This document shows, piece by piece, positions 30,938 through 41,038 of a stretch of DNA of 60,277 nt. The stretch is taken from assembly GCA_049515895.1 (NCBI GenBank), contig JBEKTQ010000018.1, positions 1-60,277 of the forward strand, in the 5' to 3' direction. This DNA is from Candidatus Bathyarchaeia archaeon (GTDB taxonomy: Archaea > Thermoproteota > Bathyarchaeia > Bathyarchaeales > Bathycorpusculaceae). The position numbers and the translations under genes were made by a program. The notes below the pieces were generated by a model. It did no database searches. It saw only the letters and a program-made list of their open reading frames with translations, and was not told where the DNA came from. Position 1 is the first letter of the stretch. Every line of letters begins with the position of its first letter.

Positions 30938-32950
30938 ATGCTGCAACCGGAAAGGATGACTGTTGCCTCAGTAATCTGTGTCAGGCAAGACGTTGAACGG
31001 CTTCTGGAAGCGTTAAGTAGCTTCGGCGAATTCCACATTGAGGAAGCTACTGACAACGCTAGTGCTCTTGAGAATAATCAGGAAATTCAGAAAGCTGAGG
31101 AGACGCTTTCAAGCGTTAACGACTTAGTCAAACAGTTCAGCCAAGAAAAGCCAGGCATGTTTGACCTTTTCAAGGCGGCTCAACCCGCGAAAACAGAGAT
31201 TACTGCCGAAAACTGGCAAGTTCTCGCCGAATCCATTGGCCAACAAGTTTCGTTGTTGAAGAAGGAATTTGACGAGTTTAGCAATTCTTTATCGAGCCTC
31301 CGAGAAAAAAGTGCCCAGCTTAGCAACATCAAAAAAATGCTTACGATAATCGACGTCAACCACGCAGACCTTGAAGCCATACAGAACCTGGAATTGATTC
31401 ATGTAACAGCAGCATCCGTCCCACATAAAAACTTTGAAGCATTAAAAGCAGAGCTTGCCAAGTTCCCTCTTATCCTGAGCTACGCCATCTTAACAAAAGA
31501 AACCAACTTTGTGAGCATAGCCGTTCCAGGCAAGCAAAGTACGGACGTGGAAAAAATCGTTAAAGCACATCACGCAGAGATTTTTTCAATCCCCAAAGAC
31601 TTGCCGCACAAAACTAAGGAGGCTCTCAGAGAAGTCAATAACCGCCTAAAAGACAACTCAGAAAAAGAAAAAGCTGTTTCGGATTCACTGCACAAATTAG
31701 ACATGGAAAACAAAAACAACCTCCCAGTATGGAAAGAAACTGTTGAAAACATTTTGACAATATTTAACGCAAAGAAAAAAATGCTGCAGTCAGGAAGACT
31801 AGCAACAATTAAAGGATTCGTACCCAAGAAAAACCAGCTCGCATTCGACGAAAAAGTCCATTCTCTGCTTGGGGAAAAAGCCATAGTACTGCAAAATGAC
31901 GCACCTGAATCTGAAAAAACTCCGACTAAAATCAACAACAACAGGTTTGTAAAGCCATTCGAGGAGGTCACAAAACTCTACGGTTTGCCCCACTACGGGG
32001 AAGTGGACCCCACTCCGTTCATGGCTATATCTTTCCCGATTATCTTCGGATTGATGTTCGGTGACGTGGGCCATGGGTTAATCTTGCTGGTGGGTGGCTT
32101 TGCTGTCGGGATGCTGGTTAAGAAAAATCAGGGAATAAGGAATCTGGCCTTTATATTGGCGCTGTGCGGTTTAGCCGCAATTATTGCTGGTGCCTTATTC
32201 GGCGAATTTTTCGGCAAGGAAATTTTTCCCGCGTTATGGTTCAGGCCATTTGTTGTTACCAACGTTTTTGGCGTCCTAGTTTTCGCGCTGATTATTGGTG
32301 TAATACAGATAACCAGCGGTTTAGTTTTGGAAATGCTAGACTTCATATTTAAACATGACATGGTTGACGCTGTTTTAACATCGATTCCAAAAATAGCATT
32401 CTACCTAGGAGGGGTTTCCTTAATCTTGGTTTACAAATTAAACATTGGAGCATGGCTTTCAGGTCCCATACTGCTTTTAATTGTTCCGTTTATTCTTGTG
32501 GCTTTCGCGAAGCCTGCTTTTATGGCTGTTAGGGACTTCTCAACCCCTACGGCAGTTGCGGTTCCTGAGGAAGAGCCGGAGCCTTTGGGGCAGAGGATCT
32601 TCGAGAGCGGAGACATGGTAACACGTTTACTCAGCAACAGCATATCCTATACTCGGATTCTCGCCTTGCTTATGGCACACTGGGCGTTACTCCTTGTCAC
32701 CTATACTATCGCAGGCGTGATAGGTGGTCCCACAGGTTTAGGTTTAGTTCTCAGTGGGGTAATCATCGTCGGCGGAAACATCTTCGTAATTGCGTTTGAA
32801 GGATTAATCGTTTTCATTCACACATTAAGATTACACTTCTACGAATGGTTTAGCAAATTCTACGGGGGAAACGGAACTGAGTTCCGTCCACTCAAGCAAA
32901 ACTTCGTATACACCAATGTCCGGATTCGTGGAAACGGGGAAGAAGCTTAA
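30938..32950 (+). CDS. atpI: A1Ao ATP synthase subunit I/a
   Basis: YGLPHYGEVDPTP, FGLMFGDVGHG, SYTRILAL (essential Arg), LRLHFYEWFSKFY. Confidence 0.97.
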   Translation: MLQPERMTVASVICVRQDVERLLEALSSFGEFHIEEATDNASALENNQEIQKAEETLSSVNDLVKQFSQEKPGMFDLFKAAQPAKTEITAENWQVLAESIGQQVSLLKKEFDEFSNSLSSLREKSAQLSNIKKMLTIIDVNHADLEAIQNLELIHVTAASVPHKNFEALKAELAKFPLILSYAILTKETNFVSIAVPGKQSTDVEKIVKAHHAEIFSIPKDLPHKTKEALREVNNRLKDNSEKEKAVSDSLHKLDMENKNNLPVWKETVENILTIFNAKKKMLQSGRLATIKGFVPKKNQLAFDEKVHSLLGEKAIVLQNDAPESEKTPTKINNNRFVKPFEEVTKLYGLPHYGEVDPTPFMAISFPIIFGLMFGDVGHGLILLVGGFAVGMLVKKNQGIRNLAFILALCGLAAIIAGALFGEFFGKEIFPALWFRPFVVTNVFGVLVFALIIGVIQITSGLVLEMLDFIFKHDMVDAVLTSIPKIAFYLGGVSLILVYKLNIGAWLSGPILLLIVPFILVAFAKPAFMAVRDFSTPTAVAVPEEEPEPLGQRIFESGDMVTRLLSNSISYTRILALLMAHWALLLVTYTIAGVIGGPTGLGLVLSGVIIVGGNIFVIAFEGLIVFIHTLRLHFYEWFSKFYGGNGTEFRPLKQNFVYTNVRIRGNGEEA

Positions 32951-33999
32951 AGCAACATTTGACCCAGGATATGTTCCGTATTAATGCCCCCTTCAACCCC
33001 CACGCTTGCCGCGATCAGGTTTCGCACTTCTGCTTCTTTAAGCGTCATAAAGGCAAGTGCCCCTCCAACGTTGAAGAGTTCGCTGATGGTGAAGGCCTTA
33101 GCATGCTGGAAAACCACTCTCTTGAAGGCTTTTTCAGCGGCTGCCAAGGTTTCATCTGGACTTGAGGTTTTAGCAAAGAATTTTCCATAGTAAGTTTCAG
33201 AAGCGACTTTTGTGGCCGATTCGAAGTCTGGCGCCATCAGCATATCCTCAACCGTTTGAGATTTGAGTTTGAAGTTCTTAGGAGGCACCGCCGCTCTCAG
33301 CTTGTTTGCGTCGTAATTCAGAGCTTTCCCCCTAAGAACCGTCAAAATGGTAAAGCTGTCGTTTTCTGTAGCAGCGTAAAAACGCGCATGGGGCTTCTCT
33401 TTCCTAGGCAAAGCTTCGTAGGCATTGTACAAGCTGTTGTAGAAGACCTTGTCCAGCAATATGTCAAGGGCTGAAGTTGACCCGTTTTCTTCGTAGGTCT
33501 TCATGCCCACGCTCAGAGCTGGTGCGTACATCCTGTCCTTAATGGAATTCTGCATTTGCTTTAAAGTGGACGCTTTGGCTGCCTCTTCGAGCATCAAGCG
33601 CCTTTTAAGGAAATCTTCCGCGGAAAAGTAAATTTTGCTTAGCTTTTCCTCGGTGCCGAGCCTCGCATTGGTTGCTTTTATTAGGGTCTTGAGGTTTTCT
33701 ACCTCAAACCGCAAAATGTAACTGGAAAGGAAGTTCGCAGCCTTCTTTGGCGAGTTCTTAATCATTTTCACGTAGGTTTCAATCAAGTTTTCATTCAGAG
33801 CCCGCTCCAGATTTCGGCTTGTCAGCGGCAACGGCACCTTGGCAATTTGAGTCTGATAGCTGGTGTCCCGAAGTTGAGCCGCGATCGCAGCTAGATTCTT
33901 GTTTTCCGCTAGGGATTTGATTTTTGCTTCACTGAGAAGCTTGCTTTTTTCAGCCCCGATCTTGGCTAGAACAGGGGCATATTGTGTTACCCGACTCAA
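32947..33999 (-). CDS. atpC: A1Ao ATP synthase subunit C
   Basis: LRDTSY..LERAL, EVENLKTLIK, KEAEVRNL. Confidence 0.9.
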   Translation of the reverse strand: MSRVTQYAPVLAKIGAEKSKLLSEAKIKSLAENKNLAAIAAQLRDTSYQTQIAKVPLPLTSRNLERALNENLIETYVKMIKNSPKKAANFLSSYILRFEVENLKTLIKATNARLGTEEKLSKIYFSAEDFLKRRLMLEEAAKASTLKQMQNSIKDRMYAPALSVGMKTYEENGSTSALDILLDKVFYNSLYNAYEALPRKEKPHARFYAATENDSFTILTVLRGKALNYDANKLRAAVPPKNFKLKSQTVEDMLMAPDFESATKVASETYYGKFFAKTSSPDETLAAAEKAFKRVVFQHAKAFTISELFNVGGALAFMTLKEAEVRNLIAASVGVEGGINTEHILGQMLL

Positions 34000-34316
34000 A
34001 GTTTGGCTTCCTTAACGATTGCTTTCACAATCGCAGTGACCGCAAGCTCCATGTGCTTTCCGGCTTGCACTTTCAATTTCTCAGTGGCTGCTTGGTTCGC
34101 TTTCAACTGCTCATCCCGTTTGCGGTTGGCTTCTTCAACCATCCTCGCGTGTAGTTGCCTCCCTTCTTCCTCAGCGTAAGTCTGACTGTTGGCAATCAGT
34201 TTCTCGCCGTTCTTCTGCGCCAGAGCCTTCATGGTTTGGGCTTCTTGCTGAGCGCCGCTTCGAATCTTTTCTGCTTCAGCTTCAATTTTTTTGAGTTCTT
34301 CCCACACCTTCTCCAT
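33996..34316 (-). CDS. atpH: A1Ao ATP synthase subunit H/G
   Basis: MEKVWEELKKIEAEAEKI, charged helical stalk protein overlapping atpC. Confidence 0.8.
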   Translation of the reverse strand: MEKVWEELKKIEAEAEKIRSGAQQEAQTMKALAQKNGEKLIANSQTYAEEEGRQLHARMVEEANRKRDEQLKANQAATEKLKVQAGKHMELAVTAIVKAIVKEAKL

Positions 34317-34400
34317 TGTTCCACAAGTTACCAAGTGCTGCATCTCTTGAAAAGCCTTTTGTTTTTTGGAAAAATCAGGCCAAGTCAATGGACCGCTTGG

Positions 34401-34467
34401 TAGTCAGCTAACTGACTAAAACCTCCCAAGGCCCAATCTGTGACTAAGTTTGGGTATTCCTTAGTCA
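34401..34467. promoter_or_regulatory. Paired inverted repeats (putative operator) between divergent atpH and htrA
   Basis: TAGTCAG-CTAA-CTGACTA (34401-34418) and TGACTAAG-N11-CTTAGTCA (34441-34467). Confidence 0.55.
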
Positions 34468-34509
34468 ACAAATACTATTTTGCCGTATACTCTTACGGTG
34501 AAAAACAAA

Positions 34510-35442
34510 ATGAGTCAACTATCTAACCCATTAGAGGTTCTCAAATCACTCTCAGAAGCAACAAGCATGCTGATAAGCAAAATATCAAAGTCCGTGGTCA
34601 GCGTAAAAGCGCAGATGTCACGCGGCACAGGCGTTGTCATAACAAAAGATGGGTACATTGTCACCTGTAATCATGTTCTCGGAGGATGCAGTGGAGTCAA
34701 AATCGGGCAGGGAGAAAAAACCTTCAACGCCAAAATCGTAGGCGCAGATGCATATAACGACTTAGCTTTGCTGAAGGCGGAAAGCGGGGAATTTACACCA
34801 GTAGAAATGGGCGATTCAGAAAAACTAAGCGTAGGTCAATATGTTTTGGCTCTAGCTAACCCATTTAACAGAAACCAGCCAACCGCCACCAGCGGCATGG
34901 TAACAAGCGTAAACAGCACAATAAGAGGCTGGCGTGGAGCCATGCAAATGGAAAACATAATCGCTACCGACGCGCAACTTAACCCAGGCTTCAGCGGAGG
35001 ACCACTCGTAGACGCTGAAGGCAGAATCATCGGCATAAACACGGCTTACGTCTGGCAAAGGGGCATAGCAATACCAATAAACAAAGTCAAAACCGTGGCA
35101 GACAGACTAATGACAGGACGTGAATCGCAGAGAGGCTACCTGGGAATAATCGCAAACACCGTCGCTATTCCAGAAGAAATCGCCGAGCAAGCAGGCTTAG
35201 AACAGGAAACAGGCGTAATGATATTCAGCGTCGAGGCAGGCTCACCGGCACGTAAAGCAGGCTTAGCTATGGGCGACGTACTCGTCAAATTCAACGGTAA
35301 ACCCGTCACCGACTTCTACGACCTACCGAGACTTCTCGCAGAAGACGTCATAGGCAAAGAAACAAAGCTGACCGTAATTCGAAGAGAAACGCTGCTAGAA
35401 GCAACCATAGTGCCAACAGTTCACGGAGGAGAAGAAGACTGA
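34510..35442 (+). CDS. HtrA/DegP-like trypsin protease with a PDZ domain, no signal peptide
   Basis: TCNHV, YNDLA and NPGFSGGP catalytic triad; RGYLGI..SPARKAGL PDZ. Confidence 0.93.
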   Translation: MSQLSNPLEVLKSLSEATSMLISKISKSVVSVKAQMSRGTGVVITKDGYIVTCNHVLGGCSGVKIGQGEKTFNAKIVGADAYNDLALLKAESGEFTPVEMGDSEKLSVGQYVLALANPFNRNQPTATSGMVTSVNSTIRGWRGAMQMENIIATDAQLNPGFSGGPLVDAEGRIIGINTAYVWQRGIAIPINKVKTVADRLMTGRESQRGYLGIIANTVAIPEEIAEQAGLEQETGVMIFSVEAGSPARKAGLAMGDVLVKFNGKPVTDFYDLPRLLAEDVIGKETKLTVIRRETLLEATIVPTVHGGEED

Positions 35443-35790
35443 TAGAGCACATCCCACTGGAAATTGAACCGCCTCAACCGATGCCATCACCACCGCTCAG
35501 AAGACGACCCTCCCCAATGCCAAGGTTTAGCACAGCACACCAAGTTGCTTCAACCGTTTCTTTCCTACCTATCTTTGACTAGGCTGGAAAGAAACCCGTT
35601 TTTTTCTTGTTTCCCCCATCAAAGTGTTTTTCAAAATAAGACACGTTGAAGTTATCCAAGACAATATTTTTTTGCAACATTAAAGGCAAAATCTTTTAAC
35701 TATTTAACTATTCCAAAGAACAATTTCAAATTGCCTGCTCAAAACTTTACGCGCAAACCATACACAAGTCAGGGTACAGGTTGGAAAGGG

Positions 35791-35960
35791 ACACAAAGGT
35801 CGAAAAAGTCACAGGCAGTCCGGAAAAGACTGGAAAAGTCGGGAAGGAACGGGAAACAACGCGGCGGAACAGGAGAAAACGGGAAAAAACGCAACCTGCA
35901 AACGGCTCAAGTCATAATTCAAGAAAGCAACCCAAGGCACAAACAACAAAAAATCCACAT
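35791..35960 (-). repeat. Leader plus 10-bp array element, copy 1
   Basis: Reverse complement TTTGTTGTTTGTGCCTTGGGTTGCTTTCTTG..GCAGGTTGCG followed by about 9 units in 10-nt phase. Confidence 0.8.
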
Positions 35961-36128
35961 AAACCTGAAACCTGAAATGCGATTAGAAACAAAACCCTTT
36001 TTTAAGTATTCAGCCTTCAAAAGGCACATTGCTTTTTTGATATAGAGTCTATATATATTATTAAGTGAATCTCTATAGGAACCTTCAGCATTAGGCTTAT
36101 TGAACATGTGGAAGAGGTGACAAAAAGA

Positions 36129-36302
36129 ATGCTATCCAGAGACTGCGACGGATGCACCATACTTAAGGAATGCAGCGTCCGCTTCAGAAAAGCCAATAAA
36201 GGCGACAAGGTTTACTGCCCCGACGGAACAGCACATCTAATTGACAACTCTAGCGTAATTCAAAGCGAAGACTTGATTTGCTTCTTCGAAGCGTTTCAAT
36301 AA
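36129..36302 (+). CDS. Small Cys/His-rich (putative Zn-binding) protein upstream of the phosphate regulator
   Basis: MLSRDCDGCTILKEC..YCPDGTAH; GAGGTG SD. Confidence 0.65.
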   Translation: MLSRDCDGCTILKECSVRFRKANKGDKVYCPDGTAHLIDNSSVIQSEDLICFFEAFQ

Positions 36303-36410
36303 TTCAATAGCCCAAAAATAGGTTAAAGTTAGCAAAACTTAAAAAAACACGTATTTATTCTTGTTAGTTCAGTTTTTGTCTTGTTTTTTAAGCAGCTAAC
36401 CACATTTTTT

Positions 36411-36480
36411 ATATAGTAAATCTCCATAGACTAAATAGTCTATATAGATATAACTAATATAATTAGGCATCCATAGAAAA
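36411..36480. promoter_or_regulatory. Putative archaeal Pho-box operator
   Basis: Perfect inverted repeat ATAGACTA-AA-TAGTCTAT at 36426-36443; related half-sites at 36040-36054 and 42437-42451. Confidence 0.55.
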
Positions 36481-36497
36481 CGTATTGACGTGTCTGC

Positions 36498-37547
36498 ATG
36501 ACTAAAGAAGTCGAAAAACAAAACGAGGAACAACGCAAGCTTCAGGTAACAGGTGGATCCACATTCATTCTTTCCCTGCCCAAAGAATGGGCTATCCGAA
36601 ATGAGTTGAAGAGAGGAAGCTCAATGGTTGTCCGTGAAGAAGACGATGGATCCCTCTGCGTTGCACCTTCAAAATTTGTAAAAAAAGAAAAGCAAGACGA
36701 AGCCTTCATCAAAGCCTCAGTAAACGACAACCCTGACGCCATTATGCGAACAGCAATATCAGCTTACTTAGACGGGTACAACATTCTGCATATCAAAGCG
36801 CCAAGTCAAAAAGTGCTCTCAGCCAAAGTTCGAAATCACCTTAAGAATTTTGCGCGACATTACCTTGTTGGAACGGAAATTGTAATTGACACGCCCACAG
36901 AATTGACGCTTCAAGTGCTCCTCAATTACCCTGAGCTCACGGTTCAGAATGCGCTGAGTCGAATGTCAATAATTGCTTCATCCATGCATAAAGAAGCCTT
37001 GTCAGCGCTGAAAAAGCTGGATTACACAGCTGCAAAATCAGTTATTGAAACTGACCGTGAAGTAAACCGGTTCGGGCTGTACATAGTTAGACTTTTAAAG
37101 TTAGCAGTTTCAAACCCACGAATCGTAAAAGAAATCGGGTTAAACTCTCAGAGAGACTGCTTGGGCTATAGGCTAATAGCGAAGGCCGTAGAAAGAACCG
37201 CCGATCACGCGACCAAAATCGCTGAAAACACTATGTGCCTAAAGGAGTGTGTAAACGGGCAATTTTCAGAAAAGATTAGCGAGTTAAGCGGTTTGGCAAT
37301 ATCAATGTTTGAGAACGCCATGGACGCATTGTTCAGACGCGACTTTAATCTGGCTGAAAACGTCATCGAAAGAATAAGTCAAGTGCATAAACTGGAAAAG
37401 GAGACTGTGCTTTCCATGCAAAACGTCAAAACCGAAGACGCCGTGCACTTGAGACTAGCAATTGAAAGCGTGCGAAGGACAGCCGAATACGCCAGCGACA
37501 TCTCAGAGGTAGTTCTGAATCTAAACGTTGAGTCGGTTCTGGGATAG
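36498..37547 (+). CDS. Phosphate uptake regulator (AbrB DNA-binding domain plus PhoU domains)
   Basis: RKLQVTGGSTFILSLPKEW plus AVERTADHA and VRRTAEYASDI. Confidence 0.92.
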   Translation: MTKEVEKQNEEQRKLQVTGGSTFILSLPKEWAIRNELKRGSSMVVREEDDGSLCVAPSKFVKKEKQDEAFIKASVNDNPDAIMRTAISAYLDGYNILHIKAPSQKVLSAKVRNHLKNFARHYLVGTEIVIDTPTELTLQVLLNYPELTVQNALSRMSIIASSMHKEALSALKKLDYTAAKSVIETDREVNRFGLYIVRLLKLAVSNPRIVKEIGLNSQRDCLGYRLIAKAVERTADHATKIAENTMCLKECVNGQFSEKISELSGLAISMFENAMDALFRRDFNLAENVIERISQVHKLEKETVLSMQNVKTEDAVHLRLAIESVRRTAEYASDISEVVLNLNVESVLG

Positions 37548-37661
37548 TCTACAACTATTTCCCAGACGTTTTTCTCTTATTCCAACTCGTTGAACTCATT
37601 TTTTTCAGGAAGAAGAGAATTTGGATGGGTCTGCGATGGCTCGCAGATTTACTTTGGCTTG

Positions 37662-38309
37662 CTACCTTAATGTTACTTTCTCGCCAGTTGCGACGTAAAC
37701 TACAGCTTCCATGATGTGCATGGCATGATCAGCAATGCGTTCAAGATACCTTACGACGAGGACGCTGGAGATGGTGCATTCGTTCGTGACGCTTGCCTGC
37801 GCGACCAGTTTGTCCAAGTACTCGAAGTAGGTTTTGTCAACTTCGTTCTCTTCCTCCGTCATCCTCTTGACAAGCTCCGGGTCCAAGCGTCTGAGCGAGT
37901 TAATGCTTACACGCACCATTTGGAGCACTTTTTCAGCCATTTTTTCGATGTATTCAAATATCCATTTATCACACTTGACTGTTTTTGCATTGAAACGCGT
38001 AGAGACGAAGGATATATCCCAGGCATATCTGCCGAAACGTTCAAAGTCGTACGCCACTTTCATGTAGGAGTTTATTATTCTCAAGTCGGAGGCAACTGGC
38101 TGATACTTAGCTATCAAGCTAAAAGCTTTCTCTTCCACCTCCACGGTTCTATTTACCAGAATTTCCGAGAGTTCATGAACACTCTTTGAGAGGTCTTCGC
38201 CCTCGACAAAGCCGTTTATTGACACAGACAGGGCTTTCTCAGCGACCCCTCCCATTTTAGAAACCATTACGGTCAGCTCTTCTAATCCAGAATCTATTAG
38301 TCTTTCCAT
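37662..38309 (-). CDS. phoU: Phosphate signalling protein PhoU
   Basis: YQPVASDLR, DFERFGRYA, RYLERIADHA. Confidence 0.95.
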   Translation of the reverse strand: MERLIDSGLEELTVMVSKMGGVAEKALSVSINGFVEGEDLSKSVHELSEILVNRTVEVEEKAFSLIAKYQPVASDLRIINSYMKVAYDFERFGRYAWDISFVSTRFNAKTVKCDKWIFEYIEKMAEKVLQMVRVSINSLRRLDPELVKRMTEEENEVDKTYFEYLDKLVAQASVTNECTISSVLVVRYLERIADHAMHIMEAVVYVATGEKVTLR

Positions 38310-38319
38310 ATTGTTCACC

Positions 38320-39102
38320 TTATCCAAACTTGCCTGTAATGTATTTTTCGGTTAACTCACTTTTCGGGTTCTCAAAAATATCCACTGTTTCTCCGAATTC
38401 TTCCAATTTTCCGAGATACATGAACGCCGTGTAGTCGGAGATCCGCGCAGCCTGTTGGAGATTATGGGTTACGATAATGATTGTAAACTCCTTCTTTAAC
38501 TCAACAATCGACTCCTCAACCTTGGCGGTGGCGATCGGGTCAAGAGCCGAGCATGGTTCGTCCATTAGGATAACTTCTGGCTCAACAGCTAGTGAACGAG
38601 CAATGCATAATCGTTGCTGCTGTCCCCCAGACAAAGCGGTCCCAGGTTTCTTCAAATCATTCTTTACTTCATCCCACAGAAACGCCATCCGAAGACTCTT
38701 CTCGGCTAGCTCATTAAGTTTGTTTCTATTTCGCACACCGTTAAGTTTCAGACCCGCCACCACATTGTCGTAGATGGTCATGGTGGGAAACGGGTTTGGC
38801 TTCTGGAAAACCATGCCGATCCTACGCCTAATTGCAACTGGATCAACTTTTGAATCGTAGATGTTTATGCCATCCAAGATAACTTCGCCTTGAACTTTCG
38901 CGCCAGGAGTCAACTCGTGAATCCTGTTTAAGCACCTGATGAGTGTGCTTTTTCCGCATCCTGAGGGACCCATGATGGCGGTCACTTTGTTCTCGGGAAA
39001 CTTCAAGTTGATTCCTTTGAGGGCTTGCAACTTGCCGTAAATGGCTTTTAAGTCTCTTGTTTCCACCTTAGCCGGAAATGACTCTTGGGTTTGCTTACTC
39101 AA
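38320..39102 (-). CDS. pstB: Phosphate ABC transporter ATPase
   Basis: [40 protein letters not shown]. Confidence 0.98.
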   Translation of the reverse strand: MSKQTQESFPAKVETRDLKAIYGKLQALKGINLKFPENKVTAIMGPSGCGKSTLIRCLNRIHELTPGAKVQGEVILDGINIYDSKVDPVAIRRRIGMVFQKPNPFPTMTIYDNVVAGLKLNGVRNRNKLNELAEKSLRMAFLWDEVKNDLKKPGTALSGGQQQRLCIARSLAVEPEVILMDEPCSALDPIATAKVEESIVELKKEFTIIIVTHNLQQAARISDYTAFMYLGKLEEFGETVDIFENPKSELTEKYITGKFG

Positions 39103-39163
39103 TTTTATCGGGTCTCCTCAAAGTCCATGCAGCGAATTATCTTTTGTGTTTCCATCATTGCTT

Positions 39164-40039
39164 TTACTCCATTCTTGCCTCTGTTAAGTTCTTTCCTATG
39201 ACAAGTTTAACGAAAAGGTTCAGTCCTAGCATCAACAGAATGAGGATTAAGGCCGCGCCCCATGCTTGAGCTTCCCACACTGGAAAACCGGAAGTTCCGT
39301 AGTTATAAATTAGAACAGTTAGTGAGGCAGTAGGTTGATTAAATATATTTGTTATGTAGTGGGTGCTCGCGGCGGCTGTTAGGAGTAAGGGTGCTGTCTC
39401 ACCTGTGGCGCGTGCAATTGATAAAATTATCCCTGTCAAGAGCCCAGTCTTGCCTGTGCCGATAACGACTCTGAAAATTGTTCTCCAACGAGGAACCCCC
39501 AGAGCCATGGAAGCCTCTCTCAAGGTATTTGGTACAAGACTAAGAGATTCACTTGTTGTCCTTGCGATAATGGGTATCATAATGAAACTTAGGGCAACGC
39601 CTCCTGCAAACGCCGACCATTCATGTGTAGTGAGGACAATTATTATGTACACGAAAAGACCGATAACCATGGTTGGGAAACCAGTAAGTACATCATTCAT
39701 GAAACCTGATACAGTCGAAAGTTTAGAGGAAGACCATTCTGAAAAGAAAATGCCTGCTCCTACGCCGATTGGAATGGAAATCAAACTGGCTATGCCCACC
39801 ATTGTGAAAGAACCTGCTATCGCAGGACCTATCCCTCCGGTCTTATCAGTTGGTCCTGCAGGCATGTGCGTTAGGAATCCCAAACTGATCACTGAGCCGC
39901 CTTGTATCAAAACTTCAGCTAGGATGAAAACTAGAGGCACGATGGCGAGGACTACAGCTACCAGTATAAGAATGGTCATTGACTTGTTGACTAACCGCCG
40001 CCACCAAGAAACACTTGAAAACCCGTCAGCACTGGTCAT
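39164..40039 (-). CDS. pstA: Phosphate ABC permease
   Basis: LREASMALG, ARATGETAPLL. Confidence 0.96.
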   Translation of the reverse strand: MTSADGFSSVSWWRRLVNKSMTILILVAVVLAIVPLVFILAEVLIQGGSVISLGFLTHMPAGPTDKTGGIGPAIAGSFTMVGIASLISIPIGVGAGIFFSEWSSSKLSTVSGFMNDVLTGFPTMVIGLFVYIIIVLTTHEWSAFAGGVALSFIMIPIIARTTSESLSLVPNTLREASMALGVPRWRTIFRVVIGTGKTGLLTGIILSIARATGETAPLLLTAAASTHYITNIFNQPTASLTVLIYNYGTSGFPVWEAQAWGAALILILLMLGLNLFVKLVIGKNLTEARME

Positions 40040-40051
40040 TTCAAGCCTCCA

Positions 40052-40984
40052 TTATGCCCGCACCTGCGTTCCACGCGTCATCCTCCAAAGCAGCAAACGA
40101 GCAAAAACATTGATTATCAAAGCAACAAAGAAGAGAATCAAAGCGACTTCCACTATCGCTGCGCGGTACAGTCCTGAAGCTTCGCCGAACTCATTGGCAA
40201 TCAGTGCAGACAGTGAGTACCCCGAAGAAAACAAGTTTGACGTGATACTTGGTATGTTGCCAATTACCATTACCACCGCCATTGTCTCACCGACCGCTCG
40301 TCCTAGTCCGAGAACGAATGCTCCGAATATGCCTGACCTTGAGTAGGGCAAAACGCTTTTCTGTGTGACTTCCCAATCTGTTGCTCCCAAGGAATACATT
40401 GCTTCTCTCTGGCTGTTTGGGACGGCATGGAGAACATCTCTTGTGACGGCCGACATAGTAGGAATAATCATGATTGCCAAGATTACGCCTGCTGAGAAGA
40501 AGTTTGCGCCGCCCTGAAACGGGCTCCCTGAAAATAATGGGACAAAGCCAAGGAATTGATGCAGGGGGGTTTCTATATATTTTGACAAAAGGGGAGCAAA
40601 AACTAGGATGCCGAAGAGACCGTAAACCACGCTTGGAACTGCCGCGAGTAAGTCAACGATTGTTCCAAGTAAGTAGCCGATGCTTCGATGTGCTTTTAGC
40701 CTTTCAGAAATGAAAATAGCTACACCAAGACTGATAGGAAGCCCGATCATAATCGCAATGGCAGATGTAACTAGGGTTCCATAAATAAACGGTAGTGCGC
40801 CAAGCGCGTTCTTATTCGGATTCCATTTTGAGCCGACCAGGAAGCCTATGCCGAACTTGGCAATTGATGTAGAGGATCCGAGATAAAGCTCGTATGATAG
40901 TCCAACGAGAAGAACTATGATGAACAAAGCGGCAGCTGCGAGAGCCATTGTTGCGATCGTGTCTCCTCTCAGTCGGAACTGCAA
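40052..40984 (-). CDS. pstC: Phosphate ABC permease
   Basis: LAAVPSVVYGLFG, LGLGRAVGETMAV. Confidence 0.96.
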   Translation of the reverse strand: MQFRLRGDTIATMALAAAALFIIVLLVGLSYELYLGSSTSIAKFGIGFLVGSKWNPNKNALGALPFIYGTLVTSAIAIMIGLPISLGVAIFISERLKAHRSIGYLLGTIVDLLAAVPSVVYGLFGILVFAPLLSKYIETPLHQFLGFVPLFSGSPFQGGANFFSAGVILAIMIIPTMSAVTRDVLHAVPNSQREAMYSLGATDWEVTQKSVLPYSRSGIFGAFVLGLGRAVGETMAVVMVIGNIPSITSNLFSSGYSLSALIANEFGEASGLYRAAIVEVALILFFVALIINVFARLLLWRMTRGTQVRA

Positions 40985-41038
40985 CTTTCGAAGCCTCTTG
41001 AATTGAAGTTAAAAAAATGAGGGGTAGCGAGTTAGATT

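Noticed and set aside
35731-36045. Track ORFs over the repeat elements (35731, 35781, 45996, 46183, 53084, 56769, 57007)
   Set aside because: Low-complexity translations of non-coding repeats; frames are not conserved between copies
39363-40346. 327-aa plus-strand ORF and other long antisense ORFs (e.g. 4536-5264, 59246-59818)
   Set aside because: Shadows of pstA/pstC and other well-supported genes on the opposite strand
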